Source: Laetmonice hystrix (lineage: Eukaryota). From it: DNA of 64,000 nt. Below, one piece after another: positions 1 through 11,612 of this stretch; the first letter of the stretch is position 1; every line of letters begins with the position of its first letter. The stretch covers positions 6,200,001-6,264,000 of the forward strand of contig OZ249453.1 in NCBI GenBank assembly GCA_965235115.1, written 5' to 3'. The notes under the pieces were generated by a model. The model made no database searches and had not been told where the DNA came from. It saw nothing but the letters and a program-made list of their open reading frames with translations. Made by a program: the position numbers and the translations under genes.

Positions 1-193
1 GAGTATCTCCTGTAACGGTCACACATTCTACTCACAGTGACCGGCTAGGAGAGAGTATCTCCTGTAACGGTCACACATTCTACTCACAGTGACCGGCTGA
101 AAGGAGCGTGTCTCCTGTAGCGGTCACACGTCGACTCACAGTGACCGGCTAGGGTAGAGTGTCTCCTGTAACGGTCACAGAGTCTACTCACAC
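1..193. repeat. Tandem repeat, ~52-bp unit, ~3.5 copies (truncated by window start)
   Basis: gagtatctcctgtaacggtcacacattctactcacagtgaccggct recurs at 1, 53, ~105 and ~157. Confidence 0.85.
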
Positions 194-1206
194 TTTGAGT
201 TTGTGAATGAAGTTTGTCACATGCCACGATGGGAACTTATCAAATATTAGTTTTGATTTCCTAATGTTGACCTAACAACGATCCAGCTCACGGCACACAC
301 ATATATACATGTATGCAACAGGAAAAAAAGGGAAAAGCAGGTGTTATTAAGATGAATGGAAAGGTGCGATTAGTTGAGATTTCGTGTTTGTGGAGATTAA
401 AGCTTAGTGGGGAGCCGGATTAGACCTCGACGTCAAACTGAAGGGAGAAAAAAAAATCCACTGGATTATTCCTTTAGATGTTGTGGGATGGTGCGTACAT
501 GTACTTACCTGAGTCGGGACTCAGGAGGTTTGGGATAGGGGTCTGGGGGGAGGGGGGGGCTGTCCACATGCTGGACTGGAAGTGTGTGTGTGGGGGGGGG
601 GGGGGGGGGTTGTAGAAACACAGGTTAATCCAAGCTGAAGGAGCTTAGACTTATAGAGGCTCAGCCAAAAATATTTCACCATTATGAGAGCGGAACGACT
701 ATTAATCCCCTCTCCCTGGCGACTTTGAAGGGATTAACGCTCGGCGAAAGTCAGAATATGAAGGGCAGTCTGTGAGATAATACAGTCAAGTCTTAGATTC
801 TATGTCAATATTTGATCAGAAGTTGAGGTTTGAAAGTAATATGGTAAGTGGTACTGATTCAAGGTACAGAATGGCAAATTAACACTACTGATTTGGATGA
901 GGAGATTCCTGCTATTGAAGTGTGCCTATCTATACATGTATAGATGATATACTTGGCTTGTTCGCAGCCAGGGAAGTAGTTGGGTAGGATTTCTGTTGGC
1001 TGGATTGTTCACAGCGGGATACAGGATCATTTACTGAGCTGGGAGTATTTGGATGGTGTGATTATAACAGCGCATGGATGTACAAAGTGATGAGAGGGAT
1101 TATCAGTGGGGATTACTGCCAGCAAACAGCGGATAATCTCACAGGCATACTGGCTATCAGGAGAAGGGAATTGATTGGTATTCTAACCAGCTTCACTTCG
1201 GAAGGG

Positions 1207-1600
1207 GAGTTGCCCAATGCAACTGGGCTCAGGATTGTCCAATGCAGCTGGGCTCAGGATTGTCCAATGCAGCTGTCCTCAGGATTGCCCAATGCAACTG
1301 TCCTCGGGATTATCTAATCCAACTGTCCTCAGGATTATCTAATCCAACTGTCCTCAGGATTGTCCAATCCAACTGGCCCCCAGCTTGTCCAATCCAACGG
1401 GCATCAGGATTGTCCAGTCCATCTGGCCTCTGGAATGTCCAATCCAACTGGTACCAGGATTGACTAATCGAACTGGCACCAGGATTGTCGAATGCAACTG
1501 TCATCAGGATTGTCCAATGCAACTGGGCTCAGGATTGCCCAATCTAACTGGCCTCCGGGTTGTCCAGTCCATCTGGCTGTAGTGTTGTCAGTTCCATCTG
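1207..1600. repeat. Degenerate 25-bp minisatellite
   Basis: Unit tcaggattgtccaatgcaactgggc, about 15 diverged copies; explains ORFs 1078-1582. Confidence 0.85.
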
Positions 1601-3259
1601 GCCGGAGTTGTATCCAGCGTGCCTGCTGACTTGACGATGCGTGGTACACAGCGATGAGATCCCGCTCGCTGTCAGAGCTGCCCGCCATTCCGCGCTCTCC
1701 TCCACTGCCTTCTGTTCGGACACGCCGTGCAGGAGAAAAAAGTTGAATACTGTAGAGAACAGGCGGACCTAGAATTGATGAGATGTTGGCCACCTGCTGT
1801 AAAACAGCTGCTAAATGATACAGCGGACATAGAACCCTGCGGTGTATAACAGCTGCTGGATGATACAGCGGACATAGAGTCGTACAGAGCAGCTGCAGTC
1901 CTTCCCATCCCAACCCCGCCCAATGTCCCTCCTCGGGTAAAACGAGGCTACATGTTGCCATGGTGATTGTATGAAAGACGACGTAACGTTCGATACGAAG
2001 AAAGGATTTTTTTTCTGGTCTAGAGGAGAGAGATGATGTGTGAAGGATATTATAAAAGATTTCAAGGAGCATTGTCCCCATCAGGTCCCTGATCGGTGCC
2101 ATGACCTACATCTGTATACAGATTTGTGGGGATGGAGCATTCCATATAATACATGCAAACATTTTCTCTTTGAAGGCATTTATGTCGCATTGATTTTTAT
2201 TTGATCAGCTAAAGGGAAAGCTATGTCATATAAGTGGAATTAATCAATAAGGAATAGGAGTGTTATTAATGCCATTTTGATTAGACATTGCCCAGGAATC
2301 CAGAAAAAGAAAGTTATTGCAAAAACATAACAGGTGGGCAGAATGCTCAAGCAGCGTTCAAATATCAGACTTATATCTTGCTGCGATGTGTGGTGAAATA
2401 ACGCGCCATCTGTACATGCTATTAAAGACTTTCACTGAGAGCTGTGAAGCGAACGTCTGCTGCGTTCACCTGTTCAGTTCAGAGGAAGTCAACACATTGT
2501 GTCAGCGTTCCTCTCAATGAGCAGACGACAGTACGCGTCTGTGTAAAAGTCGGGGGGACTTCCGCGTCCGCTGCCGCGCGGCACGCGGAAACCTGACGTC
2601 CGTGCAACTGGGACGACGTGACAAATACATCAAAGGTGCGCACATTGCATGTCGGCGCAGCAGCGAGCACACCTCAGTCGGTGCCGAATGTCGTCATGAT
2701 TAATGCATTCTCAGTGTGAACGACTTCATAACGTTCGCAGTCTGTTCTCACTCCGGTGTGGCGGCCTTGGCATCATGGCGCTGCTGGCATCACCACCAGA
2801 TATTTGTGGAGAGCTACATCAAAGAAAATCCACACTGAAAGCATATCGGAAAGTCAGCTGCACTAAACGCACTCGGAGCGTGACTATAGAGTTGCGACCA
2901 AGTAAAAACAGCCTCTAAGGACGCTGAGTACCAAGATTAGTCGTCTTTCAAATGTCACTCAGTTCAGTATTTTAAACTTGGAAAAGGACAGATTCAGAGT
3001 CACAATACATTTTCCCCTGCTATCTGTGTAAGAATCCTGAGTTAACGTTTGAAAAATACTGATGGGCCATACATTTATCAGTTTTGCTGCACGGCTGCCA
3101 TTGTAACCGGGCGTTTAACAAACCCCAGCCTCCTTTTCTTCTGGTATTTCTTTATTACAGTCCTAGAAAGAAATCGAAATTGAAATAAAAATACAAAGTA
3201 ATTAACCGACAAAAAGAGACATGCCTTTCAAGTGTTTTTTCTTGTTTATTGTTTTGCAG

Positions 3260-3357
3260 TAACATTATTGGACACACGGTTAACCAAGAATGGAGAGTCG
3301 CTGGGATGGCAAACTCATACAGGAACACAAGCGGCCGCTGCCGACACAAAAGTTGGG
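3260..3357 (+). CDS. Eph: Eph receptor tyrosine kinase, internal coding exon (N-terminal part of ephrin ligand-binding domain); 98 nt, phase 1 to phase 0
   Basis: Acceptor tttttcttgtttattgttttgcAG ends at 3259 and donor GGG|GTAAGT starts at 3358. Translation (V)TLLDTRLTKNGESLGWQTHTGTQAAAADTKVG carries the Eph LBD LLDT...LGW motif and joins in frame to W of the 47904 exon. Confidence 0.9.
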
Positions 3358-6275
3358 GTAAGTACTTCTTTTAAAAACCTCAATGTCTTCCTATCATGGA
3401 AGAAAATTTATGTGTTCTGGCTTTGGTTGATACCGTCAGAATTTATCTCAGCATCGAACAATGGCGCTCATTTTTAAATTTGTTTTCGCTAACCAATGGC
3501 TACTGATAGCATTTCGTGATGAATGGAAAATGTTGTTTCGCTATCGTAGCATGAAGTTTTTTTCTGAAATTGACCAGCGCGGATCTTCGAACAGATAAGA
3601 GATTTAGGAGCCTTTTGAATTAAATCACTGTTTGACAGTCACATGAATTATCGAGTCTTACCGGGAAAAGATGTATGTGATCCTTATCAAGCTAACAGAG
3701 CCCAGAGAATTTATGATAGGCCTCTCGTGACTAGTAATGGCGGCGGCCATGGAGTGGTATTATCGTGGCCCTAAGTGGCCCTTTGGAAGTCCATGGCGGC
3801 GTTGTGAGAGTGATAAGTCCTTGAGTCGGAGGACTTCAGCAAACAGCTCCTTGGGATATGCCTGGTCACATAAGCAGGTAGTTTTCACGATAAGCCATCT
3901 CCCCCCTCGACAGCGTGCATGACATCAGTGATGTTCAGCATAGACTTCTACTGAAAGACGCTACTCTTTGACTGAGTCTAAGGCGGAGAGCGCGGGAGGG
4001 GGGCTACTTCAGGCAAAGACAAACGTGGATTCTTGGGTTGGTGAGATGTAAGGTATGAGGAGAGATCTCTCGACTTGAAAGAGAACGGAAGATGAATGGG
4101 GAGAATTCTTGATGTTTGGACATCAACGGGTACCTGTTCTCTCACATCTTGGGTTGCCGGTGTCGCGGTACATACCATCCGGCGGACTCAGCTTTCCGCC
4201 TCAAGTGCCGTTCCTGCTGTCAGTCTCAGTAGGCATAATAACGATTGTCACACATAGAAATAAATTTTTGGATTTGAGAGTTGTAGATCAGAGAGTGTCA
4301 GTTCATAAACTGACAATGTTTGGTCGCAGTTTGTTTTATTACACATGATTATCAAAAGGCCAGATTGGTTACAGGCGGAAAGTCCAGCACAGCGGAAATT
4401 TCAGACTGCGTCACCGGCGCTGTGTATTATTTGTAGTATGGCTTTGTTTTACGAAACCCAGGCTGTCTGTCCCTCATCACTTCCCAATGTCGGCCTGACT
4501 CCCGGATACCCCACCCCACCCCACCCCCACCCCCACCCCACCGATAACAAGGAATCATTGCCATGATAACACGTACTTAACGGAGACCAAGAGTCCTTAT
4601 CTCATTCTCATCTCATCTCCCTTCGATGTACAGCTCCCTGAGCGCCCCCTATCGGGGCCCTTATCGACTACTCTGGTCCCATGTATGGGCAGTACTGTAT
4701 GTGTTGTACATTCTGTCACATTGATGATAACGGCGGAGCAGTGATTATATTGCTGAGTGGGCCTGGCATGTTGTTTACGACATCGTGCGTGTTAATAAAC
4801 ACAAAACAGCCATTATTACCCAGAGGGGATCGACTTTATTTTAAAAAGAATTTCGTGATTAGATGAAGTTATATGTCTTGGGTAAGATGTAGAAGTGGCC
4901 GTGTGGATTTAATAAACTCGAGATCGTTTTAGTTCTGCGAAAGCGTTAAATTGGATAGAAGCCTTAAAACTGGGTATTTAATTATGAAGAGGCACGAGAC
5001 GAGTGAGGAAAATTTGAATGTGTTTGTACAGAGTGGCACCTGAGGCTTTATAAAACCAAACATGAGGATCTGGAAAACCCATCAACCAAGTATTACGTCA
5101 TCTTTCTGGCAATGTGACTGCCACTTTCTCATTAGTGTCATTCTGGCCCCAAAACGAGGTTTTCCTACAACCTTTGTTCTGCCGCCTATTGTCCTGGCTT
5201 TATGGAAAACATGCTTCAAATTGTGTAGGTCACCGTCAAGACTAGATACCGGTGTTAGCCAATCAGAAGTTGTTTGTTATTGTAACCTGATAGTCATGAC
5301 GTAACGCTGTGCCTGATTGGACAGTCATGATAATGTCTTTACCTTAATCCCTAGAGATTGACGGAATCACTCGGGATTGCCAGGTGTGGCGTGTAAATGT
5401 CCATACACGAGAGTCCATTCACACCTGTGGGGGATCATTACGTACTTACGTACTTAGCTGTGAATGGGGAGGCGTGGCGGCCTTTTACTCCAGGCAGAGA
5501 GACACTGTCCAGGCGTACTCCAGTAGGTAACAGCGGCAAGTCTCAGACAGTAACACAACACCACGCTAAGAGCGTTACTCACAGAAACTTTGCACCACTA
5601 TTGTTGGCGAGGTTTAAGAAATGACCGCACTGACAGTCGAGCAGTCTACCTGCACCGCGGCGGAGATGGACGCTATTGTTAGTCAGCCAGGTAAGGGGGG
5701 GTAAAAAAGATGATGATGTAAATGGGGGTCATGAACACGCCCCCCCCCCCCCGACCCCGGGGCACAGTTAGATCTTGGCGTCCATGTGAACTCATTTAAA
5801 AAGTTACGAGTTTCTCGGAGCGGGATCACCCAGGTGAGGTGGTGTCCTCTGTACAGTTAGCGGTGGCGGTGCCTTGACTGGCGATAATTAAAGCACCTCT
5901 CACAGCCGGCAAAACAAGACAGCTGTGGTTTTTTGTTATCGGTGTTCAAAGTGTTGTGTTCAGCAGATTACATTTCAAGATGAGAGCTGGTTAAGTTGAA
6001 GGAGCTTGAAACGGTTCCCGGTTATAATCAGGAGTAGGGACGTTTATGTGACTGGCAGCATGTGTGTCTATCTGTCTGTCTGTCCCTGTTTGTGTGTCTG
6101 TCTATTCCTGTCTGTCTGTCTACATGATTGATTCAAACACCAGCCGTGTATCTGCAGGTTACAGACATGTGTCACACACACATGTCACAGACATGTGTCA
6201 CAATCAAGTTAAGTGTGACACAGGGGAGTTGCAGACAGACGCCACCTGACCGACAGTACGATATAAAAAAAACTG

Positions 6276-6394
6276 GGGCCCAGTTCCAAAATACTTAAGA
6301 TCTTGCTTAAGCTTAAGCTTAACGCTTCTGATTGGCTGTTCTGCTTAGACCAACCAATCAGAAGCAAGATCTTAAGTTTTTAGGAACTGGGCCC
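6276..6394. mobile_element. Short palindromic non-autonomous DNA element (MITE-like)
   Basis: 12-bp terminal inverted repeats GGGCCCAGTTCC (6276-6287) / GGAACTGGGCCC (6383-6394), plus nested inverted arms CTTAAGATCTTGC (6294-6306 / 6364-6376) and GCTTCTGATTGG (6324-6335 / 6354-6365). No clean target-site duplication seen. Confidence 0.7.
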
Positions 6395-7554
6395 AGATAC
6401 CTGACGGTTGTAATTTTTGTTACCCAATCAAATGCTGATTTACTTTCTGGTTGAGCTGGGAGTGGCTATTGTCATTGATTTATGAACAACATCATTAAAA
6501 TAATCATCTCAGGTTATATAGAACCCACACCTGTAATGATAATGTTTTTATGACGTTGATCGAGGCAGGGGGAGTTGTGGTCAGTTTGATGATTTACATG
6601 ACTGGCCAGTGGTCAGTGAATGGGTGAGCGTCCCATGTGTGCAGAGACGCTGCCAGAGACCATGTTGACCGGGTTACCTGTCGATCTTACCTAACCCCAC
6701 AACACCTGTGATTAGCTCCGTGTGGCGGACCTCCCCCCCCCCTCCACCACCCAGCCCCCACCCCACTAGTTTATAACCCCCTCAGGGGTACCCAGGAACA
6801 GTTAATTACACAATGAGAGGAGGGGAACCGGGGTGGGGTAGGGTAATTAGGGGAAACAAGTAAAACCACCCTACCGTGATGGAAACTGACGGGCTGTCAC
6901 TCTGGCATGCTCCTGTTATGGCAAGCCATGAATAATGAATAGATTAAAGCGTTTTGTCCATTAATAGCCCTGCCATCCAGGTGTGTTATCTAAGGGAAGT
7001 TATTAGAATTCAGGCCTCACTGACACACTTCAATGGGAGCTTAAAATGTCCACTTTCCCCCAGACAAGGCCAGTCGCGGTGAGCACGGCTTTAACAGGGA
7101 CTTACAGCGCCCAGGGGACATTGACCTGAGAAAGGACATAGTATAGGGGTAATACCCTCGGGTGAGGGGGGCTGGGGGTGGGGTGGGGGTCGCCTCGAGG
7201 AGACAGAATTAGGTCACACCATTCAGGTAAAGAAATTTTCAGCCTGGCTACCAAATTGTGACGTTAAGACGCCAGGTGGTTGATATGCGGTTGTTGAGTA
7301 CGGTTGATATATGGTTGATACATGGTTGATACACGATTGTTGATATACAGGCGGGGAGGGGTGTGGAGGGGGCTATTGGCAGTAATGGGATTTTAAGGAG
7401 TTTAATGCCCAGTGGAAAGCGAAATGGATCACTCTCTTTTATGGGTCCTAGAATGTGGGGAAAATGCCTGATTAGAAAAGGTAGGGCGTTGAAGTTGATA
7501 TTTAAGATAAATAGATAAATAAATATTTAAATTGGGTCCAGCAGCGGAAGTACG

Positions 7555-7599
7555 CAAGCGTTAAGCCTTAACTTAAGTAAGATCTTAAAAACCAGGCCC
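7555..7599. mobile_element. Diverged terminal fragment of the same MITE family
   Basis: caagcgttaagccttaacttaagtaagatcttaa...aaccaggccc aligns to the reverse complement of 6276-6328. Confidence 0.5.
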
Positions 7600-7648
7600 T
7601 GGTGTCATCACAGACTTTGTCAGACCCGCCTGGTTTGCCGATTGAGGC

Positions 7649-7802
7649 AATCATTGCTAACGATCATTGCTAACGATCATTGCTAACAGTCATTGCTAAC
7701 AACCATTGCTAATAGTCGTTGCTAACAACCATTGCTAATAACCATTGCTAACAACCATTGCTAACAATCATTGCTAGCAATCATTGCTGACAATCATTGC
7801 TA
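7649..7802. repeat. 13-bp minisatellite
   Basis: cattgctaacaac/cattgctaacgat units, about 12 copies. Confidence 0.85.
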
Positions 7803-9676
7803 AGAGTTCAGAAGAGGTTTCCGACCCGTTGTGACAAGACGTTCTGTGAACAGTATCAAGCACAGTATCAACCACTGCTCATTAATTGAAAACACCTAGG
7901 TACACACTGATTAAAAACAAGATGATATTGACCATTTTAATTAGCCATGTTTATTAGGAAAGATCCTCTTGCTGTGCCCGTTCTGCGTATGTCCGATATA
8001 ATTAGCTGTACCAGTAGCTATGTTTCCTAGCGAGAGGAAAACTTCGCTGATTATATATTATTAGCGGTACAGTCCTTGACAACATGGGGGTATTAGTCCT
8101 TGTCGTGGTATTAAGTGGCGAGGACCCAAAATTCTACCAATACACCAATTTTATGGGATTTTACTATTACGAACTAATCCTCAAGGCTGTCCCTCGTGTT
8201 ATACTCATGTTGACACAGCCCCCCCCCCCCCCTTGTGGGGATCAGTGGAACTATCGGATATGTATCGCAGGTTTTTATTGGCCAGTTGTAACGAAGGCAG
8301 GCGTACCTCCAGACAGGCCGTGTTTTGTATATGATGATATATTGATATATACTATTACCCTGCGTCCATTGCCCCCTCCTGGGGGGGCGGAGGGGGGGGG
8401 GGGTGATTCTGTGGCAGTCAGATTATTTACATTTAGATATTGTTTGCTGTGGTGGCCCATATGTTGGTCGACTCTCGTAATGTGGAACCATCTCAACATG
8501 TCATTGATTCATGGAGAAACAAACTTCATCTGGTCCAAATATTGGACGATTTTACAGGATGGAATATAGCATTGATGTCTGAAAAAAAACTGAACGCGAT
8601 ATTTGTCCCCCCCCCTGATATTAACAATACTATTGGTGTGGTCTCAAGGGAGAGTGGTGAGGTATATTCGCCATGTACACCGACTGTGTACGGAGGGGGG
8701 GGGGCTTGGATACAATGATGATGTAGCGTTGGAATTGGATATTGCACTATCAAGATGGTAAGTGCTTTGACTCCTCCACGCACCTCTTACATTATCCATG
8801 TTCAGGGCACGTATTTCGGCTGATTTATAGCGATCCGACATGACATGATCCATGTTCGGGGCCGGGGCAGCGTAGCCGGCCTTGATGCGGTTGTCCACCC
8901 CTAGGGGGAGCCACCATCGACCCGGGATTTGACCGCATCCGTTGAAGTTGTCCATTAGTCATTACCACCCCCGCAATGTGTCAGCGACGTTTTCGATGTG
9001 AAAGACATGGCTGACATCCAAATGGCAATTACTGAAATGTAAGGGGGCTATATATGCACACCTACACCTGTACTCCATGGGGGTGGGGTGGGGGTAAAGG
9101 TTAAAGGTCGTCTCGCAGCTGGAAACGCCAACTGTAAAATGTACAATTATATGTTTTGACACATTGCTGCAGTTTAAAATGCATGGAGATGGTTTCCAAC
9201 ATATTTTCTGGGACTGATCTAACCTGTTTCCGGAATCACATAATTGGGTGATGTTTGGGATTGTATCCCACTGCACTGCGACTGGGGGGTGGGAGTGGGG
9301 TGGGGGTGAGGGTGGGAGTGAGGGTGGGATGGGGGTGGGGGTGAGGGTGGGGTGGGGGTGTTGGTGGGTCAAGTTGGTGACACCTCTTTGATTATACATG
9401 CTGTCAGTGTTTATGAAGTGCATGGTTTTATTTTGATTATTATACAAAGGGCGTTGGTGACGGGATACCTAGGTATTCCTGTATAGCTTGATTACATCAG
9501 AGACCCCCAGCCCCCCTCTCCCAGTCCCTGGCCCCCCAATCCATTATTCAGTGACGAACAAATGCCATCAAAACGCCGGCCGAATGCTGTCCCCGCTGTA
9601 AAAGGCCAGTTGGCAAACCTGGCAATCACGCAAACACTGCCAAGTGAACAAAATTGGCGAAACCTATCTCCCTCCC

Positions 9677-9748
9677 CTCCTCCTGCTCCTGCTGCTGCTG
9701 CTGCTGCTGCTGCTCCTCCTGCTCCTCCTCCTGCTGCTCCTCCTCCTC
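9677..9748. repeat. (CCT/GCT)n trinucleotide microsatellite
   Basis: cctcctgctcctgctgctgctgctgctgct...cctcct. Confidence 0.8.
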
Positions 9749-10435
9749 TCCGTGAACACAACGGTCAAATTTCGTGGCGATAGCATGGAGGTTCCACCAT
9801 GAAACTGGAGAATATGTTGAATGGTGTAATGGCTGATGTATTCATGGCTGGTAGAGTGGATTGGTGGAGTATATGTAGCAGCAGGTGGCCATCTGCATAT
9901 AACATCTGCTCATGTATGGCAGTTTCATGATGGAAACTTTATCTCTGTCTAGTGTGGCTCGTTTACCAATCGGGGCTCATATTACCTCGTATATATAGAT
10001 ATGTTAAGCCATACAATTTCATTTCACTGTCCTTGCGCTGATTGCGAAGTGAAATTGGTGTACGTTTTACGTTGTCATAAAAGTAGGGATTATTAAGTGA
10101 AACCATATATTCCGCTCTATTGGATGTCGGAATCAGCAACAACAAAAAATATTAAAAAAACACGTTTAAAGGAAAAAAGATAGGAAAGGACGTTGACAGC
10201 AACAATGTAGCCATATGAATTAAACTCCCCTCATCTCACTAGAAGGTGACCGAAAATCTGTCCAAGCAAGAAGATCCCTTATCATCCCTCCCTGTAGCCA
10301 AACAATGACTTAAAATTCACTCTCTGTAGCCAAAAGACGCCCTAACTGCCTGGATGGTGAGACTGGCAATTACGGACTCAAGTCTTGTATACTTGGAGAT
10401 GTGCTATCTCCGACACATTTTGGTGCCCCGCGCTG

Positions 10436-10501
10436 TCAGATGTCCCATGTCCTAGCCCTGCTGTCCCATGTCCCAGCCCTGCTGTCCCATGTCCCAGCCC
10501 C
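10436..10501. repeat. 21-bp tandem repeat x3
   Basis: ctgtcccatgtcccagccctg units. Confidence 0.75.
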
Positions 10502-11319
10502 GGAGCCAGTTTCTCAGTCGCCAGTTATGCGCTATCCTGGCTGAGCTCAGCAGATTAAAGGAGGACTAGCTGATATAAATAGACGACATGCACGAGACTC
10601 TATTTATGCCCAGACAGTTCTCCTTTAAGCTGCCTGCTCAGCTCGGCCCGCGCATAACCTCCGACTCAGAAACTGGCCTGTCCCATGGGCCTGATCTGAC
10701 CAGTGTCGCTGGGTCTGACCAAGGCTCTCCCAAGACCCCACCGTCCGTGTTTGCCAGAATCCTAGTTTACATTGGCCGTCGAGCGGTACCGCAGCCAAAT
10801 GAAATGTTTATGCACGTCTTCATATTTCCTTCGCACCACAAAAATCTGCGGCCATGCTTGGCGCTGTTTGAACAACTGGCCGTGCGAAATTGGATTCCTG
10901 GTGGACGGGGATGTCCCTTTCTTGTATCCTAATGGAATTCGGTTTGTCCAAGATGGCTGACACGCGATATATGTAAACAGTCGCGTGGACGTATTGTTTC
11001 GGTGAACAGTTATGGAAGGCGATCCGGTTTAGTTGGCTGACTAGGACGTCTGTCCTGGGGTGAGGTGACGGTGGGCTTTGTGGGGAACTTAAACCCGGTG
11101 GTAGGGGGTGGGGGCAGGGGCCCCGGGCTTCAGTTAATGGGGTATGTTTACTGTGGAGTATAGTGACATGTCATATCGGAGTATGGTTGGTCGTATGTAC
11201 AGTTAGCCCAGTGTTAGAAGAGGGCGAATATGATGTAAAGTACACCGGTTGGATGGGGTGACAGGTAAATTGTTTCAATCAGAGTCGCTCTTAAAGAGAG
11301 GCAAATAGGAAGATAGACG

Positions 11320-11612
11320 TGGCATGTTACATATAGAAGACGTATGACGTGACGTGAGTGACGTGACGCAGACGGACGCCATGACGTAACGTCTGACGTG
11401 ACGTGCGCGTTACGGCTCGCGGACGGACGCCATGACGTAATGTCTGACGTGACGTGTGCTGTATACGGCTCGCGGACAGACACCGTGACATAACGTTTGA
11501 CGTGACGTTGTGGGCGTTATAGCTCGCGGAGAGACGCCGTGACGTAACGTCTGACTTGACGTTGTGGCGTAACGTTTGACGTGACGTGGTGCGCGTCACG
11601 TGACGCAGACGT
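11320..11612. repeat. Degenerate CpG-rich TGACG repeat array
   Basis: Repeated tgacgtgacgt / atgacgtaacgtctgacg / gctcgcgga subunits. Confidence 0.75.

Noticed and set aside
503-511. CAGGTAAGT on the minus strand (also at 51484-51492)
   Set aside because: Antisense to the Eph gene and lacking a U-rich tract next to the AG. Useful as a control: the 9-mer alone does occur elsewhere. The 51484 site could at most be an antisense-transcript donor.
1464-2102. 212-aa minus-strand ORF and other 60-160-aa ORFs throughout the window
   Set aside because: No recognisable domains, no transposase or reverse-transcriptase motifs, and no consistent splice structure.
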